NCBI GenBank assembly: GCA_951406725.2
Contig: OX597823.1
Location: 117,490,001 to 117,554,000 of the forward strand
Origin: Octopus vulgaris
Taxonomy: Eukaryota
DNA length: 64,000 nt
Direction of reading: 5' to 3'
Shown here in pieces: positions 36,915 through 50,159 of this stretch. Below the pieces are notes generated by a model. It was not told where the DNA came from and searched no databases. It was given only the letters and a program-made list of their open reading frames with translations. Within the stretch, counting starts at the first letter, position 1, and the number at the start of each line of letters is the position of its first letter. The position numbers were made by a program, and so were the translations under genes.

Positions 36915-37675
36915 TGCAGGCATGGCCATGTGGTTAAGAAGTTGACTTTACAACCACAATGATTCAAGTTCAATTCCACTGCACAGCACCTTGGGCAAAC
37001 ATCTTATTTCTTTATTGCCCACAAGGGGCTAAACATTGAGGGGACAAACAAGGACAGACAAACAGATTAAGTCGATTACATCGACACCAGTGCATAATTG
37101 GTACTTAATTTATCGACTCCGAAAGGATGAAAGGCAAAGTTGACCTCGGTGTAATTTGAACTCAGAATGTAACAGCAGACGAAATATCACTAAGCATTTC
37201 ACCTGGTGTGCTAACGATTCTGCCAGCTGGCCACCTTCTTGTAGTAGAAGATGCTTGGGCAAGTGTCTTCTTCCACAGCATCAGGTTAACCAATTTGAAT
37301 TTGGTAGATGGAAATTGGTTCAATGTCTGTCATATACATACAAACATACAACTACATACACACATACACATATACAGTATTATATTGTGTGGGGGGGTGT
37401 TTGTATTTATTTATATATATGTGTGAATGTGTGTGTGTGTGTACATGCATGTGTGTTTGTGTGTGTGTATGTGTGTGAGCATGTGTGGAAAACAGACTTT
37501 ACACAATGATGATATATGGTGGGCTTCTTTCAATTTCTGTCTACCAGATCCACCCACAAGGCTTTGCTCTGGCTGGGGCTATAGTAGAAGATACTAGCCC
37601 AAAGTTCCCTGCAGTGGGATTGAACCTAGTATTATGTGGCTGTGAAATATACTTCTTACCACACAGCCATGCCTA
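36915..37675. mobile_element. Nested SINE cluster (family 2 inserted in family 1, plus an inverted family 1 copy)
   Basis: Family 1 head at 36920 is interrupted by a minus-strand family 2 copy at 37005..37236. Confidence 0.75.
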
Positions 37676-38858
37676 CTGACAAAGCTTTGATTAAAGGCAC
37701 TTACCCAAGATTCAGTGTTTTCTATCATAGTCTTGTGAGTGATATTTCAGATTTGGCCCCACAATATACAGTGGGGCCAAACTTGAAACTACATAGTCAT
37801 GAATCAAATTCCATAACCCTCACTACAATCCCTGAATCTGTTTATTATGTCTTCCATACCAAAATTGAACTCTGAAACAGTAGTTCATGGCCATCGATAT
37901 AATATGTCTCACATAGCAGACATAAATAATAATTGATAAAATTCATATATTTTATCAGTGCCATTTGATAATCTGACATTTCATATCTTTGAAATGCTGA
38001 GATTTTTCTAGAAAGAATAAAAATATAATACTTCCATTCTCACAACATCACTATTTTTTATTGATACTCGCAAAAATTGGAGGAAAAAATTACATATTTT
38101 TCAAATATGGCTGCTTTATGTGACTAAATTCTCCAACCTTAGAATACTTTGCTTCTAAAGTGGTATTATGTTTATCTTATGGAGTCATGCACTTTACAAC
38201 TACCACAATGCCTGTGCCAACCATCTATATACACATTCTAGATACATACATATATATATGTATGTACGTATGTATGTATACACATATATATATATATACA
38301 TATAATACATACATACATATCTCACACAAGGTGAACTTTAGTAGATGCAAAATTTATTTAGATTTTATTTCAGAGATTTCATGCCTGGTGCTTTAGTATC
38401 CATGTGTGTGTGTGTGTGCATGTTCATGTAAGTGTGTGAGTGAATGCAAGTCTGTGTAATGGTATGTATGTGTGCATATGTGAATATTTGTATATTTGTA
38501 CATGTACCTGCATGTGTGGCTATTTATGCTTGAAATTCAATTCTGTTTTGTTATAAAATATGATATGAGACTCACTCAGACTCTATTAAAACCATCGGTT
38601 CTAGAATAAATTAATGGGTTAACCTTCCACATCCTCCTCACTTCTATCATTATATATTGTGAATTGTCTTCAATTTTTCTATTTCCTAAAATCAATTACT
38701 TTCCGGTTTTGGGAACAAAACTTAATCCACTGGGGAAAGATCAGGAGTGTTGGGCGACTACGGAGTGAAAGTCATCTTGTGTTTTGCTAAAAAGAAATCA
38801 TGGATAATGAGTCTTATGTGAGCAAGTGTGTTGTTACCATACAGGATCCAGGATTTGT

Positions 38859-39083
38859 CCCTTTTGTTACCATATTTATTTGGAGATGCTCTGTGTGCTT
38901 TTAATTAATTTTAAATATAACAAAGAATTTAGTAAAATAACTTAGTTATCATTAAGCTGCTGTTAGGCACATAAATTGTGACTAAGATTTGGTGTAAGAT
39001 TTTAATTCAAAACTTATGGAAACAAATCATTTGTACTACAGAGCCAGAGTACTACAGAGTCAGCCGGGTTGGTATCAAAAGGG
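38859..39083 (-). mobile_element. piggyBac-type MITE
   Basis: Reverse complement of 3775..3994; aaagggTTAA end. Confidence 0.85.
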
Positions 39084-39269
39084 TTAAGGCCCCTCCCTTT
39101 GTACTACTTCTCTCTCCAACACCTCAGGACATTGAAGTATAGCATTTTATTGATCGTCTGACCACATGAAACAAACTCATGATGAACAGAGCCTTCCAAT
39201 TAAAAGATAAAAAAAAGCCAAACAACATCAGTTTTGTGTGAGTGTTTGTGTGTATATCTCTATATGTGT

Positions 39270-39993
39270 ATAATAATAACAATAATAATGAAATCAAATT
39301 ATTGTATGCAGTGCTCAGTTGCACCACAACTTGTCAAAAGTGCGTATAAAGTATATGCAGTACTGTACAAATGTCTAGAAAGTGAACAGTGTATGAGTCA
39401 TATACATGCTTTGTGTGTGTATGGAGGGGAGAAAATCAGGTGTAGCGTTGGCGAATCTCAGGAAGCATGGAAGTTTTGAAGGATGCAGTGCTCCGACAAC
39501 TAACAACTGATGCTGGCAGTTTGTTCCACACTTCAGCAACTCTTAGCATGAAAACAGGTTTCTGAAAGTTATGGGAGCTGTGCTATTTTCTGACTTTGTA
39601 AACATGTCCACGGGTGTTAGACGGGTGGAGTTTGAAAAGGTGCTCAGAGTTATTGTTTGTAAGATGGTTAATAATTTTATGGGTGTCTGCTAAGTCAGCT
39701 GCCAGATGTCGGAGTTTCAATGTATCCATGCCCAGGGAAGTAAGGCATTCAGAATATGACAAATGCCTGATGGTGGGTATCCTCTTGGCTGCACGTCGCT
39801 GAACGGTTTCCAGATGATTAATATCCTAGTCAAGATAGGGATTCCAGACCATTGAGGCCACACCATAGCTATATAAAGCCTCAGATAGATAGCCAGAGAG
39901 CAGCTCACAAAGAACTTGGTAAGTGATGCCAAGACACCCTCAGCCTTCTTGGCAATTTTAGCAATGTGTTTTGTCCATAACAAATCGCTGTTG
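39270..39993 (-). mobile_element. CR1-clade LINE 3' fragment
   Basis: Same family as 7979..8474, extending further 5' (SDLLWTKHIAKIAKKAEGVL, YLRLYIAMV). Confidence 0.9.
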
Positions 39994-40409
39994 ATATATA
40001 TATATATATATATCTTTATATATATAAGTATATATGCATGAGTCAATGAAATCTATTAGTATTTCATATTAATACTAATTTGCACCCCAATCCTTTCTCT
40101 TATCCTGTTCTTTCTGGTTCTGACCCCTTTCTTTCATACTCCAACCTTTCATCACCTAGTAGAAAACCGTTTTTCTCTTTACAGTAGCCCAACTCAGTCA
40201 ATGGGGTTCTTAGGTTTATGAGTTGCATGGTGACCTTGCCTGTGGTGGTGCAGCAAAAAGGGTGCTCAATACACTTTGTAAAGTGATAGGTGTCAGGAAG
40301 GGCATCAGCTGTAGAAACCATGCCGAAAGCAGACAACAGAGCATAACACTGTCCACTGATCAATTAAATCCCGTCAAATCATCAAACCCATGTCAAACAT
40401 TAAAAGTTA

Positions 40410-40440
40410 ATGATGATGATGATGATGATGATGATGACAG

Positions 40441-40476
<36 letters not shown>

Positions 40477-41027
40477 CAGTGATGATGATGATGATGACAA
40501 TGATGGTGGAAGTGACAGCAGTGGTGGCAGTGGTGGTGATGACAACAACAATGATGGCGATGACACTGATGATGATGATGACAACGACGACAATGATGGT
40601 GATGATGATGATGACAACGACGACAATGATGGTGATGATGATGATGACAACGACGACAATGATGGTGATGATGATGATGACAATGATGGTGGAAGTGGCA
40701 GCAGTGGTGGTGACAATAACAATGATGGCAACGATGACAATGACAATGATTATGATGACGATGGTGATTTTATTTGTCTTGCTGGATGTGTGTTAGCTTT
40801 AACCTCTCCCCTCAATTGGGAAGTAATGGCAGAACCCGCTTGTCAATCCAACAGACTGAAGCAAGCAGACATTTGTTTAGAAGCAAAAGATGGTTCACAA
40901 TATTTTCTTTCTTTAAAAAACTTTCCATCATCATCATCATTATTATCACCATTGACTTCATCATTGTCATCCTCATCCACATCACCTCCATCATCATCAT
41001 CACCACCTCCATCATCATCACCAATAT

Positions 41028-41059
<32 letters not shown>

Positions 41060-41082
41060 CCACCATTATCATCATCACTGTT
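40410..41082. repeat. (GAT/GAC/GGT)n tract followed by an oppositely oriented (ATC/ACC)n tract
   Basis: The first tract is an expanded tail of an RTE-tailed element at 40230..40410. Confidence 0.9.
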
Positions 41083-41679
41083 ATATTAATTCTATTGAGT
41101 CCTAATAGTCATTGTCAAAGAAACACCAACAGAACTGGATTTCCGTGTGGTGTATCTCTGGTATGCCCAACAAGACAGACTATTTCTCTCTAAGTTATAC
41201 CTACTGTCTTCAGGATTTCAAGATAAAACACAAACTGTATCAACTACAATCAGAGGGCATCCTACAGAAGCTTTTGCCACTACCTCACCTCTTTAAATTA
41301 AAACAGAAAATAATTGCAGACCCAGAAACCTCACACCTGTTTGGCTAGAAAGCAAAGGTTAAATACAATTTTATCTTACCATTACTGAAGAAAATATATA
41401 GAGAAAGAAGTAACAAAACTTGGTCTCATTATTCACTCTAATGGTTCTTTAAAAGCTGCTATACATCATCTCACATTAAATTGTTGTAGAGCTCTGTTTG
41501 TGCTTCTCTTTATGAATATCTCCAAAGAGAAGGCAAAAAAAATAAGATAGACATCTTCAAGTCGTCCAGTTTCTTGTTCTCGGGGACAAATAATAAGGAA
41601 GAGCACATAAATCTCTAACGAATACTTAAATATTTGTTGTTTTTTCTCTGCTTATTTGTTCAGTTATTGACAGAGCGGC

Positions 41680-42035
41680 TGACTGGCTGCCGTGCCAGTG
41701 GCACATAAAAGGCACCATTCGAGTGGGATCGTTACCAGCTTTGCCTTACTGGCACCTGTGCCATTGGCATGGGTTAAAAAAAAATTTTTTTTAATTCAAG
41801 CGAGGTCGTTGCCAGTACCATCTGACTGGCCCCTGTGCCAGTGGCACATGAAAGCACCCACTACACTCTCGGAGTGGTTGGTGTTAGGAAGGGCATCCAG
41901 CTGTAGAAACTCTGCCAGATCTAGACTGGAGCCTGGTGCAGCCATCTGGTTCGCCAGCCCTCAGTCAAATCGTCCAACCCATGCTAGCATGGAAAGCGGA
42001 CGTTAAACAACGATGATGATGATGATGATGATGAT
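41680..42035 (+). mobile_element. RTE-tailed element
   Basis: ggagtggttggtgttaggaagggcatccagc...ggacgttaaacaacgatgat. Confidence 0.85.
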
Positions 42036-42272
42036 TGTTTCACACAGTTTACATCCTCTCACTTGCAATGTTGTCTTTACATATTAGGAAAAAGATAAAT
42101 CCTCTTTTTACCCCACAAGGGCCAACTGATCTTAAATTATGCTCTGCAATAAACTAATACAAGTTATTGCTGGGAATATGACATTGGCAGACCCAGTGTT
42201 CAGTGACAGCAGCAGCAACAACAACTCTTTATTTACATTCGACGGATATTTGTCCTCATCTTGTCTGTTGTT

Positions 42273-42318
42273 AACACAACATTTCAGCTGGTATACCCTC
42301 CAGCCTTCTTCAGGTGTC
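42273..42318 (-). ncRNA. Minimal type I hammerhead motif, left arm
   Basis: GACAC-CTGAAGA-A-GGCTGG/CCAGCT-GAA-ATGT-T-GTGTT. Confidence 0.72.
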
Positions 42319-42543
42319 TTGGGGAAATTTCGAACCTGGGTTCTCATTCCTAAGATATTTTTCGATGTTATTATTATTATTATTGCTATTGTTATTAATG
42401 CCCATGGGCATATGGCGTAGTGGTTAAGAACACCGGCTACTAATCCCAAGATTCCAAGTTTGATTCCAAGCAGTGACCTGAATAATAATAATAATATCGA
42501 AAAATACCCTAGGAATGAGAATTCGGGTTCGAAATTTCCCCAA

Positions 42544-42589
42544 GACACTTGAAGAAGGTTGGAGGGTATATCAGCCAAAACGTTATGTT
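42544..42589 (+). ncRNA. Minimal type I hammerhead motif, right arm (decayed)
   Basis: GACAC-tTGAAGA-A-GGTTG/CAGCC-aAA-ACGT-T-aTGTT. Confidence 0.62.
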
Positions 42590-43194
42590 AACAACAAACA
42601 AGATGAGGACAAATATCCATCAAATATAAATAACGTAAAAAATGTAAACAATGTACATAATTCCTCATCTCTTAAATGTAGAGCTGAACTTTTTCTCTAT
42701 TAACCAAAAGTTTGCAATCATTCAATACAAACTGTTTCTCACATATTAAAACAAAGACACCTAACTAACAAAGGAGCAAGAAGCTACCACTGGATCAGAT
42801 AGGGTTAGATATCCTATAACTGACCATCAGCTACCCCTAATACTTCCTCTAACTTGATACTTCTTTTTGTATTCCTTCAGAGTTTCTCCTCGGCACAGTA
42901 TTCTTCTTCTTCTGTCAGCTTATTCAGCTCCCATTTCTCAGATTCTCCTTAATGGCTGGCCTTGACAATCGTAAAACTCTGCACTCCAAAAAGATGGGAA
43001 ACTTTTTGTGAGGGGCTTCCAACCACTTGCCTTTAAGCTGGCCATTCTTTTGGTTTTGGGTTTTTTTCTTTATTTCCCTCTTCTTTCAATCCAATGGTTT
43101 TCTGTCTCTCTATAAACTCTAAATACATTCCATCACCACAAGATGATGGAGTAAAACTGTTGCCCACCCACCACAACAGAAATGATATCCTAAA

Positions 43195-43437
43195 ACCAAG
43201 GTGCCACCTAAAAAACATTGGGATTAGTGCTGGTGCCACATAATAAGCATCAACGATGGTGCCATGCAAAAAGCACCCAAAACACTCTGTAAAAGAAGTG
43301 GGTGTCAGGAAGGGCATCCAGCTGTAGAAAAGCAGCCAAGACATATTATGGAAACTGGTACAGCCCCTGACCCTGCCAGTTCCTGCCAAGCCATCCATGC
43401 CTGCATGGAAAACAGACGTTAAATGTTGATGATGATG
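43195..43437 (+). mobile_element. RTE-tailed element, decayed
   Basis: gtcaggaagggcatccagctgtagaaa...gacgttaaatgttgatgat. Confidence 0.75.
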
Positions 43438-44339
43438 GCCTCCATTCCAAAATACAAAGGTTACAAATGGTATTCTTCTACAAATATACGGCCAAAGAAA
43501 AGTGTCAAGGCAAACTTTCTACAGCACCAGTAAGATGCAGTGGAAGTTACGTAATCTAAAAAAAAACCTCAGAATGAAAACAAACAACAAACAAAAAAAA
43601 GACAACTTAATCACCAAATAATCACATTAAATGCCAATTTTGTGGGAGTTCTGTAAGACAAACTTTCATAACAAACAATGGCAATAATAATTTAGGCACA
43701 ATTCCAGCAGTTTTGACAGGAAGGTGGTTAGTTGATTTGACCCCATTACTTGATGGGTACTTAATTTCATTGACCCCCTGAAAGGATAACTAAATACCAC
43801 AAGACATTTTGTCTGATGCAGTTATTTTTCTGCCAACCCACTGCATACTTAAAGCGGTGGTGGTGGGTGATGATGATGATGATGATGGAGAGGGTTGGTG
43901 GAAGTGGAGGAGGAAGAGGACGCAGAGAAAAACACCAAAAATAATAATAATAATAAGAAGAAGAAGAAGAAGAAGAAGAAGGAGGAGGAGGAGGAGGAGG
44001 AGCTGCAGAAGTATTTTAATAAAGAATAAAAGAAACTAACACAACAACAAAGCAGGAAGGAAACAAAAAGAAAAAAAAACTGCCTTGTCTTCAGAATTGC
44101 TCGAGAATATAAGACATCGACTTAGAGTGTTGGTGCTGTTGTTGTGCAGCCTCAAGTCAGGTTTGTCTCGTCATGACTATCTCATCCTTTTTTTTTTTTC
44201 AGACACAATGTATCTCGGACTACATCACTTAGTGTATCTCTGCGTTTTAAGCGAGTGGCTTAGAAAAAGGCTGCAAAGAACAGAATGGTGGATAATGGAA
44301 GAAAAACAAGAAGGATTATTTTTTTAAAAAAAACTAAAA

Positions 44340-44760
44340 CGTAAATTCAAAATGAAACTAGAAAATATTGTGTTGAAATATTGGCAAGAAAAGCTCCTAC
44401 ATGGCCAGTAGCTGCAGAAAAGATATGGTAGATACACACAAAGAGAGGTCTCAAGTGATTATGATCTATAAACAAGTCACTTCACACAAACTAGAAGATT
44501 AAATGTAAATATTCCCAGGCATTAATGCCAAAGACATTGAAGAAAAATAATGTCTCTTCTGATAGTTCTGATACCAGTTCCAACAAATGATAATACAGTC
44601 CTGATAGAGAAAGTATTCAAATATGAAAATCTGGAAATAGAAATACCCAGAATGTGGGGATTGAAAACATTCTCTATAATAACAGGTATGAATACTCTGG
44701 GGATAATATCAGGAGAATTAGAGAATAAATCCTTATAAGGAGATATTTACGCATAAAAGT
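44340..44760 (+). mobile_element. R4/Dong-like (restriction-like endonuclease) LINE remnant
   Basis: KYWQEKLLHGQ; LIVLIPVPTNDNTVLIEKVFKYENLEIEIPRMWGLKT...LGII. Confidence 0.7.
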
Positions 44761-45004
44761 TCATTGACTGCTATGAAATGATTACATATTCTCTTTCAGA
44801 TGCAGAAAGCTACCCCAGACCCATCACCAGACTGGTGCCTGGGAGTGCTTCAGAATATTCTGGGTGGAAACTAATTTGTATTGTGAGAAGATTTTTATAA
44901 ACTGTATTTTCTAAATCTGGGGGTGCACTATTGAATAGTGAGGGGGCAGTGCCATCCATTGCATTCCCTTGGTGACAGGCAAGAACTACCCACTTTCCTG
45001 TCAG

Positions 45005-45540
45005 GTTCAAATTCTTAGAGTTGCCACAATCAAAGTCAGCATGTTGGAAGTTAAGTCCAGAAGGTTTGTAGAGACGCTGGAGAAGGAGACATGTGATGTG
45101 AGGAGAATCACAGGTAATTCACAGGTAAGGAACAATAGTGTAGGTTCTTCTGGATGGGTAGCAGCAACAGTGTGTGTGGAATAAGTATATTGTTGGCAGA
45201 GAAATGACTAAATAAAATTAATAAAAATAGACAGAGTTAACCCTTTTGATACCAACCCGGCTAAAACCGGCTCTGTAGTACAAATGTCTTGTTTTCATAA
45301 GTTTTGAATTAAAATCTTCCACCAAACCTTAGTCATGATTTATGTTCCTAACACTAGCTTAATGATAACCAAGTAATTTTACTAAATTCTTTGTTATATT
45401 TAAAATTAATTGAATGAAACACAGAGCATCTCAAAATAAATACAGTAACGAAAAGGTTAACACAGACTACTGATTAGCAGCATCACAGTTAGAGCTAGAT
45501 AGATCCTAGCTGAAAGGATCCTTGATCAACTGTAGGTCAT
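45005..45540 (+). mobile_element. RTE endonuclease N-terminal remnant interrupted by a MITE
   Basis: LRVATIKVSMLEVKSRRFVETLEK resembles the start of an RTE AP endonuclease. Confidence 0.55.
45241..45456 (+). mobile_element. piggyBac-type MITE
   Basis: TTAA at both ends; cccttttgatac / gtaacgaaaagg termini. Confidence 0.9.
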
Positions 45541-46040
45541 AAGAAGTATTACTTGACACTATTACAAGAGAGAGAAAGAGATAACAAAGAAGTCAGCTGG
45601 AAGTTTTTACAAAACATTTAGTGGATGATTTGTTGTGCATATAACTATATCAATTTGCTTTAAATGCATCATTAAGGTACCACAAATCGAGTTTGAATAT
45701 GACAAGGAGTGTCACATCTTCTCCATGGTTTCTTTCTGCATGAAATATAGCATTCGCTAGTATATGTATTTCTGCATCTGTTATATTAGAGGTTAGATGC
45801 AGTATCATAAGCACCATGCCTATTACTTGCCTGCATGCAGCAACCGCTTTCAGATAGACTTTTACCTCTGTTACTGAGTTGTGGTATGCTTCCAATGTTT
45901 GGTAAGAGGATGGGTGGGATATCTGGGTGGCTGTTACTGATGCTATTGGCGTTAGTAGTGGCCACCCTAGGTCCATTACCTGTGGTGCTCTTGTGTATAT
46001 ATATAATATGTGTGTGTGTGTATGTATGTGTGTGTGTGTA

Positions 46041-46081
<41 letters not shown>

Positions 46082-46158
46082 ACAGATATAAATACATAGA
46101 TTCATGTTTTAATTTCAATGTTCTTCACACATATTTCAAACATTTTATTTATTCCTTG

Positions 46159-46200
<42 letters not shown>

Positions 46201-46648
46201 GGAGATGTACTTGCATAGCAAGTGATCTGATCTGAGATTGTGTGCTGGAATGAAAATAATTGCAGCATGGAAGGTGTTATATATATATTTTTTTTAAAGG
46301 CAGTGCTCCAGCATGACCGTAGTCAAATGATTGAAATAAATAAAAAATAAAAGAATGTGCGTATGTGTGTACATGTGTATATATTTATGTATATATATAT
46401 ACACACACACATGTGCAAATACACATACATACATACATACACACATACATATATGTATATACAGAGATTGTTTGAAGTGGTGTACAGTAGTCAAGTTTTG
46501 GATAAAAATTATTTAGTTAGAGCTTTCATCCATTTCAGATAGAAAATTCATACTTTTTATGTGTAAGAGTTAGCTGGGAAAAAAAAGATCTGGAATTGAA
46601 TTTGTTTCCTTGCATTTTGGAAAGTGGTTATTTGAGATGTTATTTGTC

Positions 46649-46679
<31 letters not shown>

Positions 46680-47093
46680 CACATGTGTGGTGAATTTTTA
46701 AACAGATAAATATATAAATGTGTGTGTGTGTGTGTCTGTGTGTGTACGTATGTATGTGTGTGTGTGACTGTGTGCATATATGTGTGTTCATTTGCATTTG
46801 CACATCTCCAAAGATTAGGAGCTAGAAGCGGTAATGTTGTCTTTATTGTTATCAGCAAATCCATCCACAAGCTTTGCAACTTCAAAAACAGGTAAAATAA
46901 GAGATCCCTTATTTGATAAAAACAGATAAGGGTTAGAGACAAGAAGGGCATCTACTTTAAAGTAATGCCATAATAATACATTCACCTAACCCATGCTAGC
47001 ATGGAAAAACAGACATAAAAATTGAATGAATGAAGAAAGTAACACAACGACTGATTTCTACCATAAAACTCAAAAAAAATTAACTTCAGCTAA

Positions 47094-47295
47094 TTACTCT
47101 TTTACTCTTTTCCTTGTTTCAGTCATTGGACTGCGGCCATGCTGGGGCACCTTTAGTCGAGCAAATCAACCCCCAGAACTTATTCTTTGTAAGCCTAGTA
47201 CTTATCCTATCAGTCTCTTTTGCCAAACCGTTAAGTTACAGGGATGTAAACACACCAGCATCGGTTGTCAAGCGATGTTGCGGGGACAAACACAG

Positions 47296-47363
<68 letters not shown>

Positions 47364-47525
47364 GACAGGCTTCTTTCAGTTTCCATCTACCAAATCCACT
47401 CACAAGGCTTTGGTCGGCCTGAGGCTATAGTAGAAGACACTTGCCCAAGGTGCCATGCAGTGGGACTGAACCCGGAACCATGTGGTTGGTAAGCAAGCTA
47501 CTTACCACACAGCAACTCCTGTGCC
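47094..47525 (-). mobile_element. Full-length SINE family 1
   Basis: Head, internal (TA)n and tail are all present. Confidence 0.92.
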
Positions 47526-48215
47526 TATGATTATTCATGTAATTACTATATCACAAATGTTGTTTTCTTATATAGGCCCTAATTTTCAGTATTTTAGTGG
47601 GAGGGAGGCAATAAAAATAGAGATCCTTCCCAAGTCATGTAGAGTCATGGGACCAGTTTCCCAGTTCCCATGGTGTATGTATTCTCCACTTAGACAAGAC
47701 ACCAGTCCTTCGCAGAATTATTCGTTTTTGCCAGCTGAATGGACTGAACCAACATGAAAGTGGAGCAACATGAAGTGTTTTGCTCAAGAACACTATGCAT
47801 TACCTGGTTCAAGAATCAAAACCACAATCTTACGATCATGAGTCCAACACCCTAACTACTAAGCCATGCACCTCCACCGTGTTTTTAGGAGAAAGCAAAA
47901 AAATGAAGTTGTGTGAGAATGATGGAGTTTTTCAGTCAAAGTGAGATAAAATATTTCGTTTTGGGATTTGGTTTGCAAGATTCTTTATATGAGTTCGTGT
48001 GTTGAAGCATATTCTGTTGTGTCTGGGGAGAGTCATTTTCTTTTTGTGCCTTATAATATAACACACTCACCGGTAAAATTTCCACTTTTTTTCTTATTTT
48101 TATTTTCCTAAAATTTTCGTTGCCTAAAATAGTTTCAACCACGAATTGAAACCCTGTCACGTGTTTAATGCGCTATCTGTAATCTTTCTTCAGAATCATG
48201 CATACAGTGTATATA

Positions 48216-48436
48216 CAGCCATCTCAAAATTATATAGACACCATAATTTTTAAAGTTTTATTTCTGTAAACAAAATAATATTATTTGATGCATTTAAATA
48301 CTTAATCTAGTATTTATGAGGCATGCCCTGTGTGATTTTTAATGATTTTACCCCTTTGAATATTGTACTAATGAGTAGTACCCACATAGATAAAATGGTA
48401 TAAATGAGATCTGTCTATTTACTTTTGAGATATCTG
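48216..48436. mobile_element. Tc1/mariner-type MITE
   Basis: cagccatctcaaaattatatagaca / tgtctatttacttttgagatatctg inverted termini. Confidence 0.65.
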
Positions 48437-49044
48437 TGTATATACTTTGAAGCAAATACTCAGCAACTAATATACATAGGACATTAAACTGTGCAGTAAA
48501 AAAAAATCTACAGAAAGTGCATAGTTCACAGGCTCATGGCCAAATTTATACTTTGTTAAACTCACTCAATCACTATACCAACTTTTTAAATGCCAGTAGC
48601 TATGAAATATATGCCAAAATTATCTTAATATTTCCAAGTTTGCATGCACTCAATAATTTAGTGCACACATAATTTTTTGTTGCCGTTAAAAATTTCCACA
48701 TCATAATATTTTTATTATTATGTATGCATATAGTCCATTACAAATTCCAAAGAACATTACTTCTATCTATTTTTATTTTACTTCAATGATAACCAGGATA
48801 TTTCCAAATCAAATTCATTCAATAAGAACCAGAATTCATTTTTTTCCCTTCTTCCGACGGTGAATGTTACCATTAAAATAGACGTTTAAATATACACAGT
48901 GTCTTGATTATAGGGTACGCAATTGAGAAAACACTGGCATACCACAAAAATAGAAAATTTAATATTTCAAGAGAAGGAAATCGCTACTTTACAAAATATG
49001 ATTTAAAAATCATGTACAGCTAACATCACTATAGTCAGATGTTT

Positions 49045-49099
49045 TATATATATATATATATACACATATACATGTGTGTAACTATATATATATTTATTC

Positions 49100-49134
<35 letters not shown>

Positions 49135-49167
49135 TATACATGTGTGTAACTATATATATATTTATTC

Positions 49168-49202
<35 letters not shown>

Positions 49203-49235
49203 TATACATGTGTGTAACTATATATATATTTATTC

Positions 49236-49270
<35 letters not shown>

Positions 49271-49330
49271 TGTGTGTAACTATATATATATACATATGTA
49301 TGTGTGTGTGTGTGTAACTATATATATCAA
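49045..49330. repeat. Minisatellite of ~60-68 bp microsatellite-derived units (about 4 copies)
   Basis: Repeated cacatatacatgtgtgtaactatatatatatttattca. Confidence 0.9.
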
Positions 49331-49511
49331 TTCATATATATGTATATATATATATATAATACATATATATATATACATACACACACACACATTTATATAC
49401 ATGCATATATATATATACATATATATATACACACATACATATATATAAATATATATATACATACATATATAGAACATATTTATGCGAGTTTGTGTATGTG
49501 TATGTACATGC

Positions 49512-49569
<58 letters not shown>

Positions 49570-50159
49570 TCACTCACAAGCACACAGAGATAGGTAGGCA
49601 TGATAGATTTTTGATTTATCGCAACTTATCCTCTGCTTTTTTGTCTCTTTCTCTGTGTGTTGGGGTAGGATCATGGATGGGTAATGAGTGTATAGAAATA
49701 TAAGCAAAAGAAATAGAAATATGGAATAAAAGTAATTTTAAAAATGTGATTGTAGAATCAGGAAATTGAAGCATGAATGTATGTATTAATGTCCCTGTAT
49801 GTATGTGTATAAAATGTGCATTCATGTGGGTATAAAATGTGTGTGTGTATAAAATATGTGTGTGTGTGTATAAAATGTGTGTGTGTGTAAATATATATAT
49901 ATATATATATTGTTTTTTATATGTGTATATGTGTGTGAAGGGTGTATAAATGTGTGAGAGTATGTGTGTATTTGCCAGTAATTTTTAAACTAAATAGCTA
50001 AATTTAAGAGATATTCTATTTCATGTATATGTGTGTGAGTATGTGTGTGAGTACTATTTCGCTTAAGCATACCAATACTAACAACCTGGTGTTATAGCTC
50101 AGTATATATACATATATACTTCAGATCAAAGCATCAGTCAAGTACAGAACAGTAATAAA

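Larger units (their letters stand above)
42229..42686. mobile_element. Head-to-head fold-back of a tRNA-headed SINE carrying a hammerhead motif
   Basis: Inverted arms 42229..42385 and 42480..42633; fold centre atgccca|tgggcat; box A TGGCGTAGTGG and box B aGTTtGATTCC at 42406..42478. Confidence 0.88.

Noticed and set aside
40223-41089. 288-aa Asp/Ser-rich ORF resembling an acidic biomineralisation protein
   Set aside because: It begins in an RTE-tailed repeat and the Asp run is that element's expanded (GAT)n tail; there is no signal peptide or splice context.
42406-42478. Functional tRNA gene
   Set aside because: The acceptor and anticodon stems do not pair properly and there is no T-run terminator; it is a SINE head, like the other box A/B matches in the window.
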